A stretch of DNA of 64,000 nucleotides, from NCBI GenBank assembly GCA_001829415.1, contig MIBE01000011.1:24760-88759 (forward strand), read 5' to 3'. Positions 17,715 to 25,700 of the stretch are shown piece after piece; positions within the stretch are counted from its first letter, which is position 1; the number at the start of each line of letters is the position of its first letter. The stretch is from Spirochaetes bacterium GWF1_51_8. Its GTDB lineage: Bacteria > Spirochaetota > Brevinematia > Brevinematales > GWF1-51-8. A program made the translations under genes and the position numbers. The notes beneath the pieces are model-generated. The model did no database searches, was not told where the DNA came from, and saw only the letters and a list, made by a program, of their open reading frames with translations.

Positions 17715-18210
17715 TCGAGTCCTCCGATACTTTCCTTGCTTCCTTCAGCATCTCCGCATCGCTTATATCCTTCGGGCGGCCGCTTACCTCTTTCATGATA
17801 ATCAAATCGTCAATCGATAAAACAGGGATTTTTACACCCCAGAAATCAAAGTCCACCTTTCTTTTTTCTGATATCTCGAAGTCGAGTGGATGAACCAAGA
17901 CAATATCAATCACCTTTCCGACTTCAGATTTTTGATAGAAGCTGAATGCTTTCATGTTGCGATTCTCAATCCAATCCTTCAGCGTCTCGGGATCGGCCAA
18001 ATCTTCAGGATCGACCGGAAGTCTCGGAATAAATCCAAGTTCAGCCAAAACTCGGCAAATAGAAATTACATTTTCTTTTCCCGAATATATAATGATATCA
18101 ATATCCATTGTAGTTCGGGGAACACCATGGAAGTTTACCGCCATCCCGCCGACTACCAAATAGCGGATGTGATTTTGATAAAACGCTTCGAATATTTGAG
18201 AAAAATTCAT
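17707..18210 (-). CDS. nucleotidyltransferase-fold protein (MNT/DUF-type)
   Basis: Start ATG 18210 with GGAG 5 nt upstream. YLVVGGMAVNFHGVPRTTMDIDIII is a minimal nucleotidyltransferase G..(D/T).D.D pattern. Lower G+C than its neighbours. Confidence 0.7.
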   Translation of the reverse strand: MNFSQIFEAFYQNHIRYLVVGGMAVNFHGVPRTTMDIDIIIYSGKENVISICRVLAELGFIPRLPVDPEDLADPETLKDWIENRNMKAFSFYQKSEVGKVIDIVLVHPLDFEISEKRKVDFDFWGVKIPVLSIDDLIIMKEVSGRPKDISDAEMLKEARKVSEDSIE

Positions 18211-18363
18211 ACGCACTCCATTTCCCTATCAGTATTTTGCCGGGATTCCGGCAAAATGTCAATACCGGCGGATTTTCTTCACAGTGACGGTCATTTTTTA
18301 AGAAACTTGCGTTATTATTCCGATAATTTATATAATATTGTATTACAATACTTAAGGACGCCT

Positions 18364-19323
18364 ATGCAGACCGAGAAGCTGAGAACATTTATCGAGCAAA
18401 TCACAAACAGTCCCGCGATTAAAAACCTTCCCGCTCACGAAAAAGAAGAAAGCGTTCTGACATTTATCAACCAGAACGAGGGCAAACTGAGCATCACGTT
18501 TTCGTCGCCGGATTTTTACCCCGAAATGATGTGGCCGGATGTTAAAGCCGAGCTTGTTAAAACAGTGGGCGAGGTGATGACGGATGTCGTGCGCACGGAG
18601 ATCAAAGCCGTCGTCGATTCGTTAAAGTTGGACTGGAAGGGGAAGTACAGCGACTTCCTGGTATCGAATGAGCTTTTTGCTCAGCAGATCGCCGATTTCG
18701 CCGGAAAGCTTTCATCGCGTTACGCCTCGAGGATCCATTACGGCTATATCACCCATTTCATCAAGAACAGCGTGATCCCGCAGTTTATCCTCGCGGCATA
18801 TAACAACCGGCGTTATGTATTTAACGGCTTGAGCAAGTTCGACCAGATCGGTTTCGCCAAGCCCGAAGAGGCGATCGATTTTATCAACACCGCTTTGCTG
18901 TTTCTGCCGATCTACGATATCACCTTACCGCTGAATATGGTCATGCCCGGCGCGGGCGGCCCGGCGAATAAAACGGTGGCGTACCCGGATACCGAATCGA
19001 ATTTAGCGATGAGAAAAAGTTTCCTCGGGAAGCTCAAAGAGATTATCGTTAACGCTTTTCCAAATATATCGCCGTACTTTCTCGATATCATTCTCAGACT
19101 TTACTATTTTTCAGAAGAAGCTGAGAGCGTGAAGTTCAGCTCGAAGGTGCTCAAGGTATTCTATAATATGGCACTGCAATGGAAAAAGGTGAAGAAGGAC
19201 AGGGGAGCGGAAAGTTTCGAGGGGAGCTGGTTCAACGTCGCCCGTGCGAACTACAAGTTCTATATCTATGACCTTAATACGGTCGACGAGCTCTACAAAA
19301 TAACTATAGAAGAGGGCATCTGA
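18364..19323 (+). CDS. hypothetical protein (319 aa), unknown function
   Basis: Start at ATG 18364 (AAGGA RBS; TATAAT at 18331-18336). The track ORF from 17890 would overlap the minus-strand gene. The stop overlaps the next start (TGATG). Confidence 0.65.
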   Translation: MQTEKLRTFIEQITNSPAIKNLPAHEKEESVLTFINQNEGKLSITFSSPDFYPEMMWPDVKAELVKTVGEVMTDVVRTEIKAVVDSLKLDWKGKYSDFLVSNELFAQQIADFAGKLSSRYASRIHYGYITHFIKNSVIPQFILAAYNNRRYVFNGLSKFDQIGFAKPEEAIDFINTALLFLPIYDITLPLNMVMPGAGGPANKTVAYPDTESNLAMRKSFLGKLKEIIVNAFPNISPYFLDIILRLYYFSEEAESVKFSSKVLKVFYNMALQWKKVKKDRGAESFEGSWFNVARANYKFYIYDLNTVDELYKITIEEGI

Positions 19324-20216
19324 TGAAAACCTTCAAAAAAATCATAGATAATTTCCTGCTATTCATTATCCTGCTCTCCATCGCCCAGATTATAATTGAC
19401 GACCTCGCGATCATCGGTTCATGGACGACGGCATTGCCGTGGGCGAAAGACCTCGACCTCTGGATGATCATCGTCGGGTTCGCGTTCGACGTCATTTTCA
19501 CCTTGGAGTTTCTTGTCCGCGCTATCGCCGCGCTCGCAAAGGGCAGGTTTGTCCAATACTTCATTTATGAAAAGGGCTGGATCGATCTGATCGCGTCTAT
19601 TCCGCTTCTCGTGCTCCTTTCCGGCCCTGCGTTCTACGAGTATGTGTTCAACGGTGTAATCGCGATCAAGGGGAACCGTTTTGTCGGCAACCTGAAGATT
19701 ATCAAGGCAATTCGAGTCTCGCGTATCCTCCGGCTTCTCCGGGTATTGAAAATTTTCGGCAAGATCGAGAACGCGATGTCGAAGATGAGCCAACACCATG
19801 TCTCGACCGTCTCGGCGCTTGTCGTAACTGTCAGCGTCGCGGTGTTCATGTTCCTGACCGCGGTAGGTTTCGCCGATTTCGGTGAAAGCGCGATTATCGA
19901 AGCGAGGGTCTCCCTGATCTTTACTATCGTCACTATCGCAAACGTCCTCCTAATCGCGTTACTCTACGGCAGGCACTTCGCGCAGAATGTCAGCGATCCG
20001 CTGTATGTAATGAAACGCGGGATGATCGAAGAGGACTATAACTTCACCGTGAAGAGTAAGGAACATTACAAGGATGAAGAAGTTTTTGAGCTCGCCGACG
20101 CGTACAACACGATGTGGCTCCCGTTGAAGGTACGTATCCAGACACTCCGCAAGAAGAAGCAGAACGCGCAGATGCAGTCCGGCACACAGGACGATTATTC
20201 CGACCTGCTGAAATAA
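19323..20216 (+). CDS. voltage-sensor-like (Ion_trans S1-S4) membrane protein with C-terminal HAMP-like domain, apparently pore-less
   Basis: S4 sequence KIIKAIRVSRILRLLRVLK carries basic residues at every third position. The S5-S6 linker is only ~14 aa. After the last TM comes SDPLYVMKRGM...KDEEVFELADAYNTMW, which is HAMP-like. Confidence 0.75.
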   Translation: MKTFKKIIDNFLLFIILLSIAQIIIDDLAIIGSWTTALPWAKDLDLWMIIVGFAFDVIFTLEFLVRAIAALAKGRFVQYFIYEKGWIDLIASIPLLVLLSGPAFYEYVFNGVIAIKGNRFVGNLKIIKAIRVSRILRLLRVLKIFGKIENAMSKMSQHHVSTVSALVVTVSVAVFMFLTAVGFADFGESAIIEARVSLIFTIVTIANVLLIALLYGRHFAQNVSDPLYVMKRGMIEEDYNFTVKSKEHYKDEEVFELADAYNTMWLPLKVRIQTLRKKKQNAQMQSGTQDDYSDLLK

Positions 20217-21355
20217 TGAGCGCGGTTCCTTCGCTTTACATCCATATCCCATTCTGTGTGAGGAAATGCCTCTACTGCGATTTCTATTCGTTCGTGCCGT
20301 CAGGCCGTTCCGAGATCGAAACCTATATCGCCGCACTCCGAGCGGAACTGGACTTGTACCGGGAATATCTCGGCGGATTGAAAACGGTCTATATCGGCGG
20401 CGGCACTCCTTCTATGATAGATAACCCAATTCTCGAAAACCTGTTCTCCGGTATCGATGAGTTTACCGCCGGAAGAGAGATCGAGTTCACTCTCGAGGCG
20501 AATCCCGACGACGTGACGCCGGAGAAGGCTGAGTTCTGGAAACGCCGGGGCGTGACACGCGCGAGTCTCGGGTGGCAGTCGATGGACAAGGGGACGCTCG
20601 GGCTGCTCCGGCGGCGCAACTCGCCGGAGGTGAACCGTCAGGCGTTCGATTGCCTTCGCGGCGCGGGTTTCGGGAATATTTCGGTCGACCTGATCCTTTC
20701 GGTAGCCGGGGGTGAGATCGAGTCCGCGCTGGACGCCATAGCCGAACTCACGCCGGAGCATGTTTCCGCCTATCACCTGACTATCGAGGAGGGCACGCCC
20801 CTTCACCGGATGACGTCGCGCGGGGAGTATGTTCCTCGCGGCGACTCGGACTATCTCGCGGTCTATCACAATGTGTCGCGGACACTCGAAACACTCGGAT
20901 ACCGGCAGTATGAGGTATCCAACTTCGCGCGGCCGGGCTTCGAGAGCCGTCACAACACGAACTACTGGGACTACGGCGGGTATGCCGGGATCGGCCTCGG
21001 CGCGGCCGGGTTTATCGACGGCACGCGTTACACAAACACGCGCGATATGAAAGAATACTTACGGGCGGCCGGCGCGGGGGAAAGGCCTGTCGCGTCGAGC
21101 GAAACCCCAGACCGGAATATGGCGATGCGGGAATATGTGATGCTCGGGCTGAGGAAAGCCGACGGATTTTCCGCGGACGGGTTTTTCAAGCGTTTCGGCG
21201 TGGACCTGAACAGCGCGGAGTTTTCGGCGGGATGGGCCGCGCTTGAGAAATGGGTGCGGCGCGAGGGCGGAAGAATCTTCCTGACCCCCGGCGGACGCGA
21301 TATCATGGACGGAATTATCGGGGAAATATGGGATTTTCTTCCTGAATCCCGCTGA
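20216..21355 (+). CDS. hemW: radical SAM heme chaperone HemW (HemN-like, oxygen-independent coproporphyrinogen oxidase family)
   Basis: Start ATG 20216 overlaps the upstream stop (TAATG). LYIHIPFCVRKCLYCDF is the CxxxCxxC radical-SAM motif. HemN_C-like tail. Confidence 0.9.
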   Translation: MSAVPSLYIHIPFCVRKCLYCDFYSFVPSGRSEIETYIAALRAELDLYREYLGGLKTVYIGGGTPSMIDNPILENLFSGIDEFTAGREIEFTLEANPDDVTPEKAEFWKRRGVTRASLGWQSMDKGTLGLLRRRNSPEVNRQAFDCLRGAGFGNISVDLILSVAGGEIESALDAIAELTPEHVSAYHLTIEEGTPLHRMTSRGEYVPRGDSDYLAVYHNVSRTLETLGYRQYEVSNFARPGFESRHNTNYWDYGGYAGIGLGAAGFIDGTRYTNTRDMKEYLRAAGAGERPVASSETPDRNMAMREYVMLGLRKADGFSADGFFKRFGVDLNSAEFSAGWAALEKWVRREGGRIFLTPGGRDIMDGIIGEIWDFLPESR

Positions 21356-21425
21356 GGGCTTGATTTTTCCTCATGATGAATGTACAATAATATGCTGGAA
21401 GGAAAATGACGGTCAAGGAGGTTTT

Positions 21426-21617
21426 ATGTTTATCGCGATGAACACAAACTATTCCCAGTACCGTGTGCAGCCGGAACCCGGGCCCGCCCAAGTACGGAGC
21501 CAGGCGCAGATCGCGGAAACCGTTTCAAAGGCACCTGCGTCCGGTATACTCCAGGAGAAATCTCCGTCGCCGTTACATGACAACAAGATGGGACGGAGCC
21601 TGAATGTTCTCGGATGA
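21426..21617 (+). CDS. small hypothetical protein (63 aa)
   Basis: AAGGAGG (21415-21421) lies 4 nt before ATG 21426. Codon usage (gcg, ccg, atc, cag) resembles neighbouring genes. No recognisable motif. Confidence 0.35.
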   Translation: MFIAMNTNYSQYRVQPEPGPAQVRSQAQIAETVSKAPASGILQEKSPSPLHDNKMGRSLNVLG

Positions 21618-21806
21618 GACTTTTTTGAAGTAATGAGCGGGTATTTCCGATACTGAACGATAGACGCGTCCGGTTTCCGCCGGTATACGGCGGCGGAGAT
21701 GCGGCAGTCGAGGTATTTTTTTAGATTTTTTATTTTCGAGGGTATCGATACCGATAGTTTATAGATCCGCCCCAAAAATGTTTTCATACCGCCGGGAGCC
21801 GCGAAG

Positions 21807-22118
21807 ATGAAATTATCTATCAATATAGCATTTTCCGAAAAGTATAAGAAATCGCCGAGAGAATTCCGAGGCAATATGATGATGATCGATATTGTCGGCG
21901 AGTTGTCGGAAAAGCTCACCCCCTACGGTGAATTGAAGACATTCAGCGGTAAGATCACCGACGGCACATCGATTCAGTTCCTCCAGATCCCTGAAAAGGT
22001 CTCGATTAAGATACACGAAGACCAGAAGATCGAATCCCTGATCCTCGAGTATATCGTATTCAATAACGATCCCATCATCGCCCAGCTTATCGAAGAAGTC
22101 GGCAAGAAACAAAGATAA
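21807..22118 (+). CDS. hypothetical protein (103 aa)
   Basis: Host-like codon usage (atc, ttc, aag, tcg). GGGAG lies 9 nt upstream of ATG 21807; an alternative start is at 21876. Confidence 0.5.
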   Translation: MKLSINIAFSEKYKKSPREFRGNMMMIDIVGELSEKLTPYGELKTFSGKITDGTSIQFLQIPEKVSIKIHEDQKIESLILEYIVFNNDPIIAQLIEEVGKKQR

Positions 22119-22252
22119 GACACAATGCGCTTCCGCCCATCTAACGTGATAATACACTAAACACAACGGTATAAAAAAATCTTGATAACTCTAATTTAAC
22201 CCAAACCGCATCCGATAATTATAGTACGAAAACGGATTTTCGGAGGTAAAAC

Positions 22253-22435
22253 ATGGATGTTACTACCGCCGCAACTAGCGGGCAATTCTCAAAACCCGCA
22301 GTCCGGGACATGGGCAATATCGATCAGATAGCCTGGAGCAAAAGCCAAAAGCCTTCGTTCCATCCTATTCCAATCCCATTCCGGAGCGGGTTGGTTGAAG
22401 ACGGCACAGCAACGCTTGTCAACATTTTAGCTTAG
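22253..22435 (+). CDS. small hypothetical ORF (60 aa); could instead be part of a structured RNA
   Basis: Strong RBS (GGAGGT, 6 nt, ATG), but codon usage is atypical (act, gca, caa, cca). Followed by a structured ~115-nt region and a terminator. Confidence 0.3.
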   Translation: MDVTTAATSGQFSKPAVRDMGNIDQIAWSKSQKPSFHPIPIPFRSGLVEDGTATLVNILA

Positions 22436-22552
22436 CCGTCGGGTGTCGTATCCCTTCCGGTACCCGGCGTGATCGATGACCGGGAAAACAGCGGAAACCG
22501 GCTGACCGAAGGGTAAAACTCCGAGAATTGAGGGATCTGTAATTTTACAGGA

Positions 22553-22578
22553 AACCGGGATCATATCCCGGTTTTTTC
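22553..22578 (+). terminator. rho-independent terminator
   Basis: 9-bp stem AACCGGGAT / ATCCCGGTT with loop CAT, running into TTTTTT. Confidence 0.6.
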
Positions 22579-22691
22579 TTTTCCGGCACTGCAATTAAGA
22601 ACATCTCACTTTTTTGTGAAAACCCTTCCTTTATCTGCCCTGTGCAAGACGCAACCCGAGTGTCAAAACAAAAAAATATTTTCAATATCCC

Positions 22692-22720
22692 TTGATTTCC
22701 TTTAAAAAAAATGGTATAAT
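22692..22720 (+). promoter_or_regulatory. sigma-70-type promoter (extended -10) for the amylase gene
   Basis: TTGATT (22692-22697), 17-nt spacer, TGg-TATAAT (22712-22720), about 50 nt upstream of ATG 22771. Confidence 0.55.
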
Positions 22721-22770
22721 GTAATCGAAATGTAAGCGGTTACATCGATGTTACAATTCCGGAGGTTTTA

Positions 22771-25700
22771 ATGAAAAGATTTTCTTTGCTCTTCGCCTCA
22801 ATCGCGGTTTCGCTCCTTACTTTCTTTTCCTGCGCCCAGCTCGAGGAGCTGACGAAACAGTTTAACGAAAACGCGCCGATTGTCATGCTGTCCAAACCCA
22901 CGAACGGACAGATTGTTCCCTCGATCTACGAAGTCAGCGGAAGCGCGGTCGCGAAAGCGCCGTTCGAGCTCACTTCGGTTTCAGTGTACTTCCTCGGCGT
23001 GGAATCCGGTATCACCAATTCAACCAACCTTATCTATAATACGTCCGGCATCGCGGTTTTCCGCGCCCGCTTCGAAGGCGGCGCAGGGAACTATCTGACA
23101 TGGGCGGTCGCCGTCGATGAAAAGGGCAATACCTCTCGCACCGCGGATATCCTTTTCAAGGTCGAAGGCGCCTCTGTCGACGATACTCCTCCGGTCGTAT
23201 TTATTGTTACACCCACCAATAACCAGAAAGTCGGCAATTCCGTGACTGTCAGCGGTACCGCACAGGATATCTACACCGAAGGCCAATCGCTTTCCGGTGT
23301 CGACAAGGTCTATGTCAAGCTGGACAGCGGCGCATACTCGCCTGTCACTCTCAATTCCGGTATTTGGCAGATTCAGTTCCCGTTAAGCACGGCCGGCAGT
23401 CATATCGCCTATGCCTACGCGGAAGACAGATCGGGTAATATCTCGCCCGTGAAGAGCGTCACGTTCAGCTACGAGACCGGCACTCCCACAGTGAGCATCA
23501 CTTCGCCTGTCAACGGCGCGATCGTGAAGACCGCGACTGTCAACGTACAGGGCGGGGCGACGGTCGACTCACCGGCTATAATCACCGCGGTACAGCTTTC
23601 GGTCAACGGCGGATCGTTTAACGATGTCGGCAATACGGTCTGGCAGAAGAACTCCGTGACCCTGACCGAAGGGACGAACACGTTAGTCGCCAAGTCGATA
23701 GCCGATAACGCGAAATCCGCGCTGAGCCCGACAGTTCAGGTGATCGCCGACTTTACCGCGCCCGTGGTGAACGCGATCTCGCCTGTCAACGGGAAAGTGT
23801 TTACGAATATCACGAGCCTCGTGATCTCCGGTACTGTCAGCGACAGCCTGTCCGGTGTGGATAAGGTGTTTGTCGCGGTCGATAGCGGCAGTTACGGCGA
23901 AGCCTCGGGCATAGTGAGCTGGAGCGCGACTGTTCCGATCTCCCTCGGCGCGCATACGATCAAGTACTACGCAGTCGATAAGGCCGGGAACCAGTCCGCC
24001 GAGAAGACCGTCACGATCACCGTCGTGCAGGTACAGCAGCCTTTTACCGTCTACCTCAAGCGCCCCGGGGGCTGGACGAAGACCCCCAAGGTCTATTACT
24101 GGGGCGGCAGCTGCGGTACGACCACATGGCCGGGTGTCGCGATGATCCCCGCTCCCCAGATCGGCAGTAACTGGTATTCGTTCTCGTTCACCGGCACGAA
24201 CACATTACTCATCTTCAATAATGATTCGTCTCCCCAGACAGCCGACCTTTCGAGAAATAAAACCGGCTACTATTTCACCGATAATAAATGGTACGACTCG
24301 AACCCCGAAGACCTGATTCCCCCGACCGCGAGTATCGCCTCGCCCGCTAACGGCGCGAGCCTGTCCGGTATAGTGACTGTTGTGGCGAACGCGTCCGACA
24401 ACAACACGGTCGCTAAAGTGGAATTCTATCGAGGTACGAACAAGATAGGTCAGGCGACCGCCGAGCCTTACTCGATCGACTGGAACACGGCGTATGCCCC
24501 TAACGGTTCGCATTCGCTAACTGCGAAGGCTTACGACGAAGCCGGGAACAGCGGAGTTTCCGCGGCGGTCAATATCACCACGGCTAACGCCAACCTGCCG
24601 CCGGTCGCGAACGCCGGAGCGGATATCATCGTCCTCGCGGGCAATTCCGCCCAGTTCGACGCGTTGGACTCCTACGACCCCAACGGCAGTATCGTCAGTT
24701 ACTCATGGAATAACGGACTGTCGGGCGTCTCCCCAACTAAAGTATACAGCACCCTCGGCGACTATACTGTCATCCTGACAGTCACCGACAACCAGGGCGC
24801 AACCGACACCGACGAAGTGATCGTCCATGTCAGCACGAACGTCCCGTCGCCGGACCGCATCGATTTCCGTGAGGAAACGATCTACTTCCTGATGACTGCG
24901 CGTTTCTATGACGGCGATCCCGCGAACAACCGTCCCGGGCGCACCTATGTCTCGTCCGGCAACGCGGCGAACAACGATCCGGAATGGCGCGGCGACTTCA
25001 AGGGACTGATCGCCAAGCTCGACTATATCAAGGCGATGGGATTCTCCGCGATCTGGATCACCCCTGTCGTGCTCAATAGAAGCGATTTCGACTTCCACGG
25101 CTATCACGCGTGGGACTTCAATAAAGTAGACCCCCGTCTGGAATCGCCCGGCGCGACCTATCAGGACCTGATCAACGCCGCGCATGCGAAGGGCCTCAAG
25201 ATCATCCAGGACATCGTCCTGAACCATACCAGCCGCTACGGCGCGGTCGGCCTCCAGACTGTGAAGTACTGGGGCGACTCGGCCGATCCCGAATGGGGCG
25301 AAGGTACCACGATTGACTATTACGACGTCCCGAACCCCGGATTTACCTATGACGGTATCTCCTACGAACCGAACTCGGGCAAGAACTACTACAATGGCGA
25401 CCTTTGGGTGAAGGACAAGCCCAATCTCCCGTGGAACTCGCTTCCCGGATGGGGCACGGCGACCCAGTGGCGCAGTCCCGAAGGGTATAAGATTTACAAT
25501 TACCAGTGGCCGCATCTCGCGCTTTTCAATCCCGATTACTTCCACAGCGACTGGCTGAAGAACTGGGAAGACTACACCTGCCAGCTCGGTACCATCCATG
25601 AGGACTGTATCGACCTGAACACCGAGAACGCCACGGTACAGCAGTATCTGATCGACGCATACAAGCATTATATCGATATGGGCGTGGACGGCTTCCGTCT

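Noticed and set aside
17890-18363. N-terminal 158 codons of track ORF 17890..19323
   Set aside because: This part overlaps the convergent nucleotidyltransferase gene and the divergent promoter region. A good RBS and ATG at 18364, with a TATAAT at 18331, define the real start.
21449-21919. 156-aa minus-strand ORF spanning the small-ORF region
   Set aside because: It overlaps two plus-strand ORFs that have better RBSs and host-like codon usage. Its product is low-complexity and basic. It cannot be fully excluded without expression data.
22253-22520. Short strings reminiscent of RNase P RNA (AGUCCGGGAC, GAUAGCCUGG, ACAGCGGAAACCGGCU, GGGUAAAACUCC)
   Set aside because: The universal GGAAAGUCC (P4 5' strand) is absent. 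The pieces are in the wrong order relative to bacterial RNase P. I could not build the P1-P4 helices. These are most likely chance resemblances, but an Infernal scan would settle the question.
22584-22599. Sigma-54-like box cGGCAC-tgcaa-TTaag upstream of the amylase gene
   Set aside because: The -12 GC dinucleotide is missing (TTAA instead of TTGC), and a near-consensus sigma-70 promoter lies 100 nt downstream.
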